Part shown: positions 11,901 through 27,406 of the stretch, in pieces
How the letters are laid out: each line of letters opens with the position of its first letter
How positions within the stretch are numbered: the first letter of the stretch is position 1
From: Eledone cirrhosa
Taxonomy: Eukaryota
Length of the DNA: 64,000 nucleotides
Direction of reading: 5' to 3'
Assembly: GCA_964016885.1 (NCBI GenBank)
Contig: OZ024741.1
Coordinates: 245,086,001-245,150,000, forward strand
Position numbers and translations under genes: made by a program
Notes under the pieces: generated by a model
The model's database searches: none
What the model saw: only the letters and a program-made list of their open reading frames with translations
What the model was told of the DNA's origin: nothing

Positions 11901-12234
11901 TGGTATTAGTGACATTTTAATGTGTTTTTAATGGTGTTTTAAGCGAGTTTCTGATTTAGTTTAAATTTAAATATTTGATGGTCCTTCTAATGGGCTTTAA
12001 TGGATGTGTAATGTGTTTAATGCAATTTTAATGGGGTTTAATGGGGGTAGTAGGTTTCAATGGGTTTTAATGGAGTTTTAATGGCTAGTGCTCTTTTTTA
12101 AAGAGTTTTTAATGGTGTTTTTAATGGTTTTTCATTGAGCTTTTAATTGCGTTTTTAATTGCGTTTTTAATCTAGTTTAAAAATTGAGTTTTAATGGGTT
12201 TTTCAATTAGGTTTTTAATGGATTTATAATGGTG
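6107..12234 (+). repeat. Macrosatellite unit 2 (~6128 bp)
   Basis: Anchor at 6107, next at 12235; same module order as unit 1. Confidence 0.95.
8430..8825. repeat. Foldback palindrome, unit 2
   Basis: TAACACAAATATTAGC...GCTAATATTTGTGTTA termini. Confidence 0.95.
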
Positions 12235-14114
12235 TTTTTTACGGATCCTTTAATTTTTTATAATGGGTTTTCAATGCCGTTTTAATGGTGTTTTTTAATG
12301 GTATCCTTAATGACGCTTCGATAAGTTTCAATGTTATTTTAATGGGGTTTTGATTGATTTTTTAATGGAGTTTTTTTAATGAACTTTTATTGGGGTTTTC
12401 AATCAGGTTTTTAACTGAATTTTTAATGTTTTTCAATTAGATTTTTTATGGAGTTTTTATGGGCTTTTTAATGAGTTTTTAATGGTGTGCTAATTGAGTT
12501 TTCAATTACCTTTTTAATTGAGTATAAAATCGAGTTTTTACTAAGTTTTTAATGAATTTTTAATGGAATTTTAATGGGGTTTCCAATGGACTTTTAATTG
12601 TGTTTTAATGGGGTTTTAAAATTGGTTTTTAGTTGCATTTTCAGGGGCTTTTAATGGGGCTTAATGGGGGTTTAATGGGGGATTTAATTGAGTTTTTAAT
12701 GGAGTTTAATAGAGTTTATAATGTAGGTTTTAATGGAGTTTTTAATGAAGTTTTAATGTAGTTTTTAATGAGGTTTTTAATGACGATTTTAATGGCGTTC
12801 TTAATGGCGTTTTAATGGTATTTTATGGCATTTTAATGACTGTTGTAATGGTTTTTAATGGAGTGTTAATTGGTTATTAATTGTATTTTAATGGGTTTTA
12901 TGAGCTTTTTAATGGACTTTTTAGTGGTGCTTTTAATGGAGTTTTTAATGGGTCTTTTAATGGAATTTGCAATGTAGTTTTTAATGGTGTTTTCAATTGT
13001 ATTTTTAATGACGTTTTAATGGTGTTTTTTATGGCGTTTTAATAGGATTTTTAATTGGTTTTTTAAAGGACTATTATTATGGGTTTTTTATGTAATTTTA
13101 TAATGGGATTTTCAGTAGGGTTTTTAATTGGATTTTTAATGGAGTTCTATAATATGGTTTTTAATTGGATTTTTAAAGAATTTATAATTGCGGTTTTAAT
13201 ATAGTGTTTAATGCAGTATTTAATTGGTTTTTAATGGTAATTTTAATGGAGTGTTTAATGTGTTTTTAATGGGGGAGGAGGGGGGTAAAATGCAGTTTTT
13301 AATTGAGTTATCAATGGAGTTTTTAATGACATTTTTAATGACGTTTTAATAGCGTTTTATGACGTTTTAATGACGTTTTAATGGTTTTTTTATTGGGTTT
13401 TGGGAGTTTTTATGGGCTTCTAATTAGGTTTTAAATGGGGTTTTCAATGAGGTTTTTAGTGGAATTTTTAATGGGCCTTTAATGTATTTTTAATGGGATT
13501 TTAATGTTTTTTATGGCGTTTTTAATGGTATTTTAAATGCTGTTTTAATGTTTCTTTTATGGCCTTTTAATTGGGTTTTTGATTGAGTTTTTAATGGATT
13601 TTTTTAACGAGAATTATGAAGTTTAATGGGTTTCCAGTGTGTTTTAAATGAAGTTTTTGATAATATTTTTAATGGCATTTTAATGGCGGTTATGGGATTT
13701 TAATGGGTTCTGGTGGTATTTTTGTGGGTTTTAATGGGGTGTTAAATGGTTTTAATGTTGTTTTACTTGCGCTTTCGATTACGTTTACAATTAAGTTTTT
13801 ACTGTTTTTAATTGGATTTTTAATGGATTTTAATGTGGTTTTTAATGGAATTTTAATGGTGTTTTAATATAGTTTTTAATGGGTTTCGGATGTAGCTTTT
13901 AATGGTGGTTTAGTGTGCTTTTTATTGGGTTTTTAATGAGTTTTTATGAGCTTTTCAATGGAGTTTTTAATGGTGTTTATATATATATATATACATACAT
14001 ACATATATATGTATATATATATATTTACACATATATATGTGTATATATATATGTGTATATATATATTTACACATATATATGTGTATATATATATTTACAC
14101 ATATATATGTGTAT

Positions 14115-14160
<46 letters not shown>

Positions 14161-14161
14161 G

Positions 14162-14231
<70 letters not shown>

Positions 14232-14335
14232 TATATATATATATATATATATTAAATATATATATATATATATATATATTAAATATATATATATATATAT
14301 ATATATTAAATATATATATATATATATATATATAT

Positions 14336-14378
<43 letters not shown>

Positions 14379-14996
14379 TATATATATATATATATATATA
14401 TATTCCACTTTCATGTTACACACTATATATAAACTGGGATTTATATTTTGCGTTAGTGCCATATTAAGCTGACAACGATATATTCGTATCTTAAAAAATA
14501 TTTTTTTTAGATCACATTGTTCTAGATATTATTAAAATTATTAAATCTATTTTCAATTTGCACGAACACTTGCATATACTACATACATACATTTATATAG
14601 ACACTAACACAAATATTAGCATATACATAATTTCTTAGTCATTGAGGATGTGTTTTTATACATACATATGCATATTGCATACATACATACATACACACAT
14701 ACAAGCATATACATAGACAAACACACACACATATATACACACACTGTATATATATATATACATACACACACACACACATATATATATACACACACACTAT
14801 ATATATATATAGTGTGTGGTGTATATATATATATGTGTGTGTGTGTATGTATATATATACAGTGTGTGTATATATATGTGTGTGTATGTGTATGTATATG
14901 CTTGTATGTGTGTATGTATGGATGCAATATGCATATGTATGTATAAAAAACACATCCTCAATTACTAAGAAAATATGTATATGCTAATATTTGTGT

Positions 14997-15028
<32 letters not shown>

Positions 15029-15034
15029 CGCACA

Positions 15035-15069
<35 letters not shown>

Positions 15070-15099
15070 CACACTATATATATATATATACACACACAC

Positions 15100-15160
<61 letters not shown>

Positions 15161-18100
15161 AATCCCATTAAAAACCACATTAAAAATTCAATTAAAAATC
15201 TATTTTGAAAAACCCATTAAAAACCCCATTATAAGCTCATAAAACACTCCATTAAAACCCCAACCAAACCCCCCATTAAAACACAATTAAAACATCATTA
15301 AGAATGCCAATAAAAGCGCCATTAAAAACCACATTGGAAACCCATAAAAACCCAATTAAAACAAAATTAAAGTTTCCATTAAAAGTCCCCATTAAAACTC
15401 CATTAAAACCCCCATTAACCCCCCCTCGAAAAGACATTAAAACCTCAAATTTAAACCGAAATAAAAACTCAATTAAAACGCAATTAAAAACTCAATTAAA
15501 ACACCATTAAAAACACAATTAAAAGCCCATTAAACCAATTAAAATTGCATTAACACACCACTAAGGTTCCATTGGAAAACCATTAAAAATGTCATTAAAA
15601 ACTACACTGAAAACCCATTAAACCCCCATTAAAAGCGCACCCAAAACTTTATAAAAAACCAAATAAAAACCCCATTAAAATACCATTAAAACGGCATAAA
15701 ACACCATTAAAACTACATTAAAACTCAATTAAAAATTCCATTTAAATCTCCATTATAAACTCAATTAAAACTCCATTAAAACTCAATTAAAAACTCCATT
15801 AAAAACACACACATGAAGTTACATGCTGGCTTGCACACTTATAGCGATTGCTATTTCCTTTTAATTTCATTAAAACTAGGATGTTTTAGAAAGATAAAAA
15901 CAAAACTGAATAATGAAGAGACTAGGGAGGGGTAAAGAAAGGCAGATCAGGCTGTAGAGGACAGTAGGGGGAGAAGAGGGAAGAGACTTGGGAGGGGTAA
16001 AGAAAGGCAGATCTGGCTGTAGAGGACAGTAGGGGGAGAAGAGGGAGAAATAAACTAAATTATAAACTAAGTTATAAACTAAATTATAAACTAAATTAAA
16101 AACTCAATAAAATAAAATAAAATAAAATAAAATAAAATAAAATAAAATAAAATAAAATAAAATAAAATAAAATAAAATAAAATAAAATAAAAAATAAAAT
16201 AAAATAAAATAAAATAAAATAAAATAAAATAAAATAAAATAAAATAAAATAAAATAAAAAAAATAAAATAAAATAAAATAAAAAAAACTAAAAAATATAA
16301 ATAAAATAAAATAAAATAAATAAAATAAAATAAAATAAAATAAAATAAAATAAATAAAAATAAAATAAAATAAAAAAAAATAAAAAAAATTAAATATAAA
16401 AAATAAATAAAATAAAATAAAATAAGAACTCAATTAAAAACTCAGTAAAAACTCAATTAAAAACTCAATTAAAAACTCAATCGAAGCACCATTAAAACAC
16501 CATTAAAAACTCCACTATAAACCCACTAAACCCATTAAAAACCAATTAAAAATTCAATTACACATCCCATTAGAAATTTCATTAAAAACTCAATTAAAAG
16601 TTCCATTGAAAACACATTCAAAACCCATTAACCCCATATTAAAAGTTCATAAAACTCTATTAAAAACCCAATAACAAACCAATTAAAACGCCATTAAAAC
16701 GCCACAAAACACAATAAAATGTCATAAAAACGCCATTAAAACATCACAAAAAGCCCAATTAAAAAACCATTAATAATGTCATTAATAATTGCATAAAAAT
16801 CCATTAAAAACTCCACTAAAAGCCCATTAAAAAGTTCATTAAAAGCCATATTATAAATTTCATAAAAAACAATTGAAAACCCCATTATTTATGAGCCTTT
16901 TTTTATGAGTTTTTAATAGTGTTTTAATTCAGTTTTTAATTGCGTTTAAAATTGGGTTTTAATGGCTTTTTAATGGTGTTTTAATGGGATTTTCGATGGT
17001 GTTTAATGGGTTTTTTATGGAGTTTTTAATTGGGTTTTCAATGGTGTTGTTTATGAGTTTTTAAATGGGTTTTTAATGGAATTTTTGATTGCGTTTTTAA
17101 TGAAATTTTTAATAGATTCAAGGATGTTTTAATGGAGTTTTTAATGGCGTTTTAATTGTGTTTTTATGGTGTTTAAATGCGTTTTAATGATTTTTAATTG
17201 GGTTTTTAATGGAGTATTTTTAATGAGCTCTTAATGGATTTTTCAATTGGATACTTAATGGGTTTTAATGGAATTTATAATAAGGGTTCTAATTGACTTT
17301 AAATATGATTTTTAATGGAGTTTTTAATGAAATTTCTAATGGTGTTTTTAATTGCGTTTCCCCCCGTGAGGGTTTTAATGGCATTTTAAATGACATTTTA
17401 ATGAGTTTTTATGATGTTTTAATGGCGTTGTAATTGTTTTTTATTGGGTTTTTAATATAATTTTGTATGAGCTTTTAATGGGGGTTTTCAATGTTGTTTT
17501 TAATGGAGTGTTTAATGGAATTTTAATGGGGGTTTGATAAAAAAAATTAATTGCTTTTTAATTTAATTTTTAATGCGTTTTTGATGGTGTTTAAGTGCGT
17601 TCATGATGATCTTTTTAATGGATTTTTAATGGGGTTTTAATTGAATTTTTAATGGTGTTTTCAATGTAATTTTTAATGATAGTTTAATGGTGTTTTAATG
17701 ACGTTTTAATTGTGTTTTTTATGGTGTTTTAGTGACGTTTAAATAGGATTTTTAATTGGTTTTTTAATTGAGTATTTATATGAGTTTTCACTGGTGTTTT
17801 TAATGGGTTTTTCAATATTGCATTTAATGAAATTTTTAATATGGTTTCAAATGGAATTTTTAATGTGTTTTTAATTGGGTTTCTAGTGACGTTTTTAATG
17901 GTACTTTAAATGACGTTTTAATGACTTTTATGGCGTTTTAATGGGTTTTTTAATTGGGTTTTTAATGTAGTTTTTTAAAAGATCTTTACTTGGGATTTTA
18001 TGGGTTTTCAATGCGGTTTTTAATGGTATATTAATGGAGTTTTTGGTGTGGTTGTTAATGGTATTAGTGACATTTTAATGTGTTTTTAATGGTGTTTTAA

Positions 18101-18380
18101 GCGAGTTTCTGATTTAGTTTAAATTTAAATATTTGATGGTCCTTCTAATGGGCTTTAATGGATGTGTAATGTGTTTAATGCAATTTTAATGGGGTTTAAT
18201 GGGGGTAGTAGGTTTCAATGGGTTTTAATGGAGTTTTAATGGCTAGTGCTCTTTTTTAAAGAGTTTTTAATGGTGTTTTTAATGGTTTTTCATTGAGCTT
18301 TTAATTGCGTTTTTAATCTAGTTTAAAAATTGAGTTTTAATGGGTTTTTCAATTAGGTTTTTAATGGATTTATAATGGTG
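12235..18380 (+). repeat. Macrosatellite unit 3 (~6146 bp; GGATCC variant)
   Basis: Anchor TTTTTTACGGATCC at 12235, next at 18381. Confidence 0.95.
14605..14998. repeat. Foldback palindrome, unit 3
   Basis: Same termini and centre. Confidence 0.95.
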
Positions 18381-20255
18381 TTTTTTACGGACCCTTTAAT
18401 TTTTTATAATGGGTTTTCAATGCCGTTTTAATGGTGTTTTTTAATGGTATCCTTAATGACGCTTCGATAAGTTTCAATGTTATTTTAATGGGGTTTTGAT
18501 TGATTTTTTAATGGAGTTTTTTTAATGAACTTTTATTGGGGTTTTCAATCAGGTTTTTAACTGAATTTTTAATGTTTTTCAATTAGATTTTTTATGGAGT
18601 TTTTATGGGCTTTTTAATGAGTTTTTAATGGTGTGCTAATTGAGTTTTCAATTACCTTTTTAATTGAGTATAAAATCGAGTTTTTACTAAGTTTTTAATG
18701 AATTTTTAATGGAATTTTAATGGGGTTTCCAATGGATTTTAATTGTTTTAATGGGGTTTTAAAATTTGTTTTTAGTTGCATTTTTCAGGGGCTTTTAATG
18801 GGGCTTAATGGGGGTTTAATGGGGGATTTAATTGAGTTTTTAATGGAGTTTAATAGAGTTTATAATGGAGGTTTTAATGGAGTTTTTAATGAAGTTTTAA
18901 TGTAGTTTTTAATGAGGTTTTTAATGACGATTTTAATGGCGTTCTTAATGGCGTTTTAATGGTATTTTATGGCATTTTAATGACGGTTGTAATGGTTTTT
19001 AATGGAGTGTTAATTGGTTATTAATTGTATTTTAATGGGTTTTATGAGCTTTTTAATGGACTTTTTAGTGGTGTTTTTAATGGAGTTTTTAATGGGTCTT
19101 TTAATGGAATTTGCAATGTAGTTTTTAATGGTGTTTTCAATTGTATTTTTAATGACGTTTTAATGGTGTTTTTTATGGCGTTTTAATAGGATTTTTAATT
19201 GTTTTTTTTAAGGACTATTATTATGGGTTTTTTATGTAATTTTATAATGGGATTTTCAGTAGGGTTTTTAATTGGATTTTTAATGGAGTTTATAATATGG
19301 TTTTTAATTGGATTTTTAAAGAATTTATAATTGCGGTTTTAATATAGTGTTTAATGGAGTATTTAATTGGTTTTTAATGGTAATTTTAATGGAGTGTTTA
19401 ATGTGTTTTTAATGGGGGGAGGGGGGTAAAATGCAGTTTTTAATTGAGTTATCAATGGAGTTTTTAATGACATTTTTAATGACGTTTTAATAGCGTTTTA
19501 TGACGTTTTAATGACGTTTTAATGGGGTTTTTTGGGGTTTTGGGAGTTTTTATGAGCTTCTAATTAGGTTTTAAATGGGGTTTTCAATGAGGTTTTTAGT
19601 GGAATTTTTAATGGGCCTTTAATGTATTTTTAATGGGATTTTAATGTTTTTTATGGCGTTTTTAATGGTATTTTAAATGCTGTTTTAATGTTTCTTTTAT
19701 GGCCTTTTAATTGGGTTTTTGATTGAGTTTTTAATGAATTTTTTTTAACGAGAATTATGAAGTTTAATGGGTTTCCAGTGTGTTTTAAATGAAGTTTTTG
19801 ATAATATTTTTAATGGAATTTTAATGGCGGTTATGGGATTTTAATGGGTTCTGGTGGTATTTTTGTGGGTTTTAATGGGGTGTTAAATGGTTTTAATGTT
19901 GTTTTACTTGCGCTTTCGATTACGTTTACAATTAAGTTTTTACTGTTTTTAATTGGATTTTTAATGGATTTTAATGTGGTTTTTAATGGAATTTTAATGG
20001 TGTTTTAATATAGTTTTTAATGGGTTTCGGATGTAGCTTTTAATGGTGGTTTAGTGTGCTTTTTATTGGGTTTTTAATGAGTTTTTATGAGCTTTTCAAT
20101 GGAGTTTTTAATGGTGTTTATATATATATATATACATACATACATATATATGTATATATATATATTTACACATATATATGTGTATATATATATGTGTATA
20201 TATATATTTACACATATATATGTGTATATATATATTTACACATATATATGTGTAT

Positions 20256-20299
<44 letters not shown>

Positions 20300-20300
20300 T

Positions 20301-20370
<70 letters not shown>

Positions 20371-20472
20371 TATATATATATATATATATATTAAATATAT
20401 ATATATATATATATATATTAAATATATATATATATATATATATATTAAATATATATATATATATATATATAT

Positions 20473-20521
<49 letters not shown>

Positions 20522-21140
20522 TATATATATATATATATATATATATTCCACTTTCATGTTACACACTATATATAAACTGGGATTTATATTTTGCGTTAGT
20601 GCCATATTAAGCTGACAACGATATATTCGTATCTTAAAAAATATTTTTTTTAGATCACATTGTTCTAGATATTATTAAAATTATTAAATCTATTTTCAAT
20701 TTGCACGAACACTTGCATATACTACATACATACATTTATATAGACACTAACACAAATATTAGCATATACATAATTTCTTAGTCATTGAGGATGTGTTTTT
20801 ATACATACATATGCATATTGCATACATACATACATACACACATACAAGCATATACATAGACATACACACACACATATATACACACACTGTATATATATAT
20901 ATACATACACACACACACACATATATATATACACACACACACTATATATATATATAGTGTGTGGTGTATATATATATATGTGTGTGTGTGTATGTATATA
21001 TATACAGTGTGTGTATATATATGTGTGTGTATGTGTATGTATATGCTTGTATGTGTGTATGTATGGATGCAATATGCATATGTATGTATAAAAAACACAT
21101 CCTCAATTACTAAGAAAATATTATATGCTAATATTTGTGT

Positions 21141-21172
<32 letters not shown>

Positions 21173-21235
21173 CGCACACACTATATATATATATATATAT
21201 ACATACACACTATATATATATATATACACACACAC

Positions 21236-21284
<49 letters not shown>

Positions 21285-24200
21285 AATCCCATTAAAAACC
21301 ATATTAAAAATTCAATTAAAAATCTATTTTGAAAAACCCATTAAAAACCCCATTATAAGCTCATAAAACACTCCATTAAAACCCCAACCAAACCCCCCAT
21401 TAAAACACAATTAAAACATCATTAAGAATGCCAATAAAAGCGCCATTAAAAACCACATTGGAAACCCATAAAAACCCAATTAAAACAAAATTAAAGTTTC
21501 CATTAAAAGTCCCCATTAAAACTCCATTAAAACACCCATTAAACCCCCCCTCGAAAAGACATTAAAACCTCAAATTTAAACCGAAATAAAAACTCAATTA
21601 AAACGCAATTAAAAACCCAATTAAAACACCATTAAAAACACAATTAAAAGCCCATTAAACCAATTAAAATTGCATTAACACACCACTAAGGTTCCATTGG
21701 AAAACCATTAAAAATGTCATTAAAAACTACACTGAAAACCCATTAAACCCCCATTAAAAGCGCACCCAAAACTTTATAAAAAACCAAATAAAAACCCCAT
21801 TAAAATACCATTAAAACGGCATAAAACACCATTAAAACTACATTAAAACTCAATTAAAAATTCCATTTAAATCTCCATTATAAACTCAATTAAAACTCCA
21901 TTAAAACTCAATTAAAAACTCCATTAAAAACACACACACATGAAGTTACATGCTGGCTTGCACACTTATAGCGATTGCTATTTCCTTTTAATTTCATTAA
22001 AACTAGGATGTTTTAGAAAGATAAAAACAAAACTGAATAATGAAGAGACTAGGGAGGGGTAAAGAAAGGCAGATCAGGCTGTAGAGGACAGTAGGGGGAG
22101 AAGAGGGAAGAGACTTGGGAGGGGTAAAGAAAGGCAGATCTGGCTGTAGAGGACAGTAGGGGGAGAAGAGGGAGAAATAAACTAAATTATAAACTAAGTT
22201 ATAAACTAAATTATAAACTAAATTAAAAACTCAATAAAATAAAATAAAATAAAATAAAATAAAATAAAATAAAATAAAATAAAATAAAATAAAATAAAAT
22301 AAAATAAAATAAAATAAAATAAAATAAAATAAAATAAAATAAAATAAAATAAAATAAAATAAAAAAAAATAAAATAAAATAAAATAAAAAAACCTAAAAA
22401 ATATAAATAAAATAAAATAAAATAAATAAAATAAAATAAAATAAAATAAAATAAAATAAATAAAAATAAAATAAAATAAAAAAAAATAAAAAAAAATTAA
22501 ATATAAAAAATAAATAAAATAAAATAAAATAAGAACTCAATTAAAAACTCAATTAAAAACTCAATCGAAGCACCATTAAAACACCATTAAAAACTCCACT
22601 ATAAACCCACTAAACCCATTAAAAACCAATTAAAAATTCAATTACACATCCCATTAGAAATTTCATTAAAAACTCAATTAAAAGTTCCATTGAAAACACA
22701 TTCAAAACCCATTAACCCCATATTAAAAGTTCATAAAACTCTATTAAAAACCCAATAACAAACCAATTAAAACGCCATTAAAACGCCACAAAACACAATA
22801 AAATGTCATAAAAACGCCATTAAAACATCACAAAAAGCCCAATTAAAAAACCATTAATAATGTCATTAAAAATTCCATAAAAATCCATTAAAAACTCCAC
22901 TAAAAGCCCATTAAAAAGTTCATTAAAAGCCATATTATAAATTTCATAAAAAACAATTGAAAACCCCATTATTTATGAGCCTTTTTTATGAGTTTTTAAT
23001 AGTGTTTTAATTCAGTTTTTAATTGCGTTTAAAATTGGGTTTTAATGGCTTTTTAATGGTGTTTTAATGGAATTTTAATGTGATTTTCGATGGTGTTTAA
23101 TGGGTTTTTTATGGAGTTTTTAATTGGGTTTTCAATGGTGTTGTTTATGAGTTTTTAAATGGGTTTTTAATGGAATTTTTGATTGCGTTTTTAATGAAAT
23201 TTTTAATAGATTCAAGGATGTTTTAATGGAGTTTTTAATGGTCTTTTTAATGGCGTTTTAATTGTGTTTTTATGGTGTTTAAATGCGTTTTAATGATTTT
23301 TAATTGGGTTTTTAATGGAGTATTTTTAATGAGCTCTTAATGGATTTTTCAATTGGATACTTAATGGGTTTTAATGGAATTTATAATAAGGGTTCTAATT
23401 GACTTTAAATATGATTTTTAATGGAGTTTTTAATGAAATTTCTAATGGTGTTTTTAATTGCGTTTCCCCCCGTGAGGGTTTTAATGGCATTTTAAATGAC
23501 ATTTTAATGAGTTTTTATGATGTTTTAATGGCGTTGTAATTGTTTTTTATTGGGTTTTTAATATAATTTTGTATGAGCTTTTAATGGGGGTTTTCAATGT
23601 TGTTTTTAATGGAGTGTTTAATGGAATTTTAATGGGGGTTTGATAAAAAAAATTAATTGCTTTTTAATTTAATTTTTAATGCGTTTTTGATGGTGTTTAA
23701 GTGCGTTCATGATGATCTTTTTAATGGATTTTTAATGGGGTTTTAATTGACTTTTTAATGGTGTTTTCAATGTAATTTTTAATGATAGTTTAATGGTGTT
23801 TTAATGACGTTTTAATTGTGTTTTTTATGGTGTTTTAGTGACGTTTAAATAGGATTTTTAATTGGTTTTTTAATTGAGTATTTATATGAGTTTTCACTGG
23901 TGTTTTTAATGGGTTTTTCAATATTGCATTTAATGAAATTTTTAATATGGTTTGAAATGGAATTTTTAATGTGTTTTTAATTGGGTTTCTAGTGACGTTT
24001 TTAATGGTACTTTAAATGACGTTTTAATGACTTTTATGGCGTTTTAATGGGTTTTTTAATTGGGTTTTTAATGTAGTTTTTTAAAAGATCTTTACTTGGG
24101 ATTTTATGGGTTTTCAATGCGGTTTTTAATGGTATATTAATGGAGTTTTTGGTGTGGTTGTTAATGGTATTAGTGACATTTTAATGTGTTTTTAATGGTG

Positions 24201-24498
24201 TTTTAAGCGAGTTTCTGATTTAGTTTAAATTTAAATATTTGATGGTCCTTCTAATGGGCTTTAATGGATGTGTAATGTGTTTAATGCAATTTTAATGGGG
24301 TTTAATGGGGGTAGAAGGTTTCAATGTGTTTTAATGGAGTTTTAATGGCTAGTGCTCTTTTTTTAAGAGTTTTTAATGGTGTTTTTAATGGTTTTTCATT
24401 GAGCTTTTAATTGCGTTTTTAATTGCGTTTTTAATCTAGTTTAAAAATTGAGTTTTAATGGGTTTTTCAATTAGGTTTTTAATGGATTTATAATGGTG
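18381..24498 (+). repeat. Macrosatellite unit 4 (~6118 bp)
   Basis: Anchor at 18381, next at 24499. Confidence 0.95.
20748..21142. repeat. Foldback palindrome, unit 4
   Basis: Same termini and centre; 1 bp deletion in the right arm (AAAATATTATATGC). Confidence 0.95.
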
Positions 24499-26375
24499 TT
24501 TTTTACGGATCCTTTAATTTTTTATAATGGGTTTTCAATGCCGTTTTAATGGTGTTTTTTAATGGTATCCTTAATGACGCTTCGATAAGTTTCAATGTTA
24601 TTTTAATGGGGTTTTGATTGATTTTTTAATGGAGTTTTTTTAATGAACTTTTATTGGGGTTTTCAATCAGGTTTTTAACTGAATTTTTAATGTTTTTCAA
24701 TTAGATTTTTTATGGAGTTTTTATGGGCTTTTTAATGAGTTTTTAATGGTGTGCTAATTGAGTTTTCAATTACCTTTTTAATTGAGTATAAAATCGAGTT
24801 TTTACTAAGTTTTTAATGAATTTTTAATGGAATTTTAATGGGGTTTCCAATGGACTTTTAATTGTGTTTTAATGGGGTTTTAAAATTGGTGTTTAGTTGC
24901 ATTTTCAGGGGCTTTTAATGGGGCTTAATGGGGGTTTAATGGGGGATTTAATTGAGTTTTTAATGGAGTTTAATAGAGTTTATAATGGAGGTTTTAATGG
25001 AGTTTTTAATGAAGTTTTAATGTAGTTTTTAATGAGGTTTTTAATGACGATTTTAATGGCGTTCTTAATGGCGTTTTAATGGTATTTTATGGCATTTTAA
25101 TGACTGTTGTAATGGTTTTTAATGGAGTGTTAATTGGTTATTAATTGTATTTTAATGGGTTTTATGAGCTTTTTAATGGACTTTTTAGTGGTGCTTTTAA
25201 TGGAGTTTTTAATGGGTCTTTTAATGGAATTTGCAATGTAGTTTTTAATGGTGTTTTCAATTGTATTTTTAATGACGTTTTAATGGTGTTTTTTATGGCG
25301 TTTTAATAGGATTTTTAATTGGTTTTTTAAAGGACTATTATTATGGGTTTTTTATGTAATTTTATAATGGGATTTTCAGTAGGGTTTTTAATTGGATTTT
25401 TAATGGAGTTTATAATATGGTTTTTAATTGGATTTTTAAAGAATTTATAATTGCGGTTTTAATATAGTGTTTAATGGAGTATTTAATTGGTTTTTAATGG
25501 TAATTTTAATGGAGTGTTTAATGTGTTTTTAATGGGGGGAGGGGGGTAAAATGCAGTTTTTAATTGAGTTATCAATGGAGTTTTTAATGACATTTTTAAT
25601 GACGTTTTAATAGCGTTTTATGACGTTTTAATGACGTTTTAATGGGGTTTTTTGGGGTTTTGGGAGTTTTTATGAGCTTCTAATTAGGTTTTAAATGGGG
25701 TTTTCAATGAGGTTTTTAGTGGAATTTTTAATGGGCCTTTAATGTATTTTTAATGGGATTTTAATGTTTTTTATGGCGTTTTTAATGGTATTTTAAATGC
25801 TGTTTTAATGTTTCTTTTATGGCCTTTTAATTGGGTTTTTGATTGAGTTTTTAATGAATTTTTTTTAACGAGAATTATGAAGTTTAATGGGTTTCCAGTG
25901 TGTTTTAAATGAAGTTTTTGATAATATTTTTAATGGAATTTTAATGGCGGTTATGGGATTTTAATGGGTTCTGGTGGTATTTTTGTGGGTTTTAATGGGG
26001 TGTTAAATGGTTTTAATGTTGTTTTACTTGCGCTTTCGATTACGTTTACAATTAAGTTTTTACTGTTTTTAATTGGATTTTTAATGGATTTTAATGTGGT
26101 TTTTAATGGAATTTTAATGGTGTTTTAATATAGTTTTTAATGGGTTTCGGATGTAGCTTTTAATGGTGGTTTAGTGTGCTTTTTATTGGGTTTTTAATGA
26201 GTTTTTATGAGCTTTTCAATGGAGTTTTTAATGGTGTTTATATATATATATATACATACATACATATATATGTATATATATATATTTACACATATATATG
26301 TGTATATATATATGTGTATATATATATTTACACATATATATGTGTATATATATATTTACACATATATATGTGTAT

Positions 26376-26419
<44 letters not shown>

Positions 26420-26420
26420 T

Positions 26421-26490
<70 letters not shown>

Positions 26491-26592
26491 TATATATATA
26501 TATATATATATTAAATATATATATATATATATATATATTAAATATATATATATATATATATATATTAAATATATATATATATATATATATAT

Positions 26593-26643
<51 letters not shown>

Positions 26644-27262
26644 TATATATATATATATATATATATATTCCACTTTCATGTTACACACTATATATAAACT
26701 GGGATTTATATTTTGCGTTAGTGCCATATTAAGCTGACAACGATATATTCGTATCTTAAAAAATATTTTTTTTAGATCACATTGTTCTAGATATTATTAA
26801 AATTATTAAATCTATTTTCAATTTGCACGAACACTTGCATATACTACATACATACATTTATATAGACACTAACACAAATATTAGCATATACATAATTTCT
26901 TAGTCATTGAGGATGTGTTTTTATACATACATATGCATATTGCATACATACATACATACACACATACAAGCATATACATAGACATACACACACACATATA
27001 TACACACACTGTATATATATATATACATACACACACACACACATATATATATACACACACACACTATATATATATATAGTGTGTGGTGTATATATATATA
27101 TGTGTGTGTGTGTATGTATATATATACAGTGTGTGTATATATATGTGTGTGTATGTGTATGTATATGCTTGTATGTGTGTATGTATGGATGCAATATGCA
27201 TATGTATGTATAAAAAACACATCCTCAATTACTAAGAAAATATTATATGCTAATATTTGTGT

Positions 27263-27294
<32 letters not shown>

Positions 27295-27357
27295 CGCACA
27301 CACTATATATATATATATATATACATACACACTATATATATATATATACACACACAC

Positions 27358-27406
<49 letters not shown>

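Noticed and set aside
15304-15510. MPIKAPLKTT... 68 aa ORF in units 3, 6, 7 and 8
   Set aside because: Translation of CCATTAAAA monomers; open only when a poly-C run has the right length.
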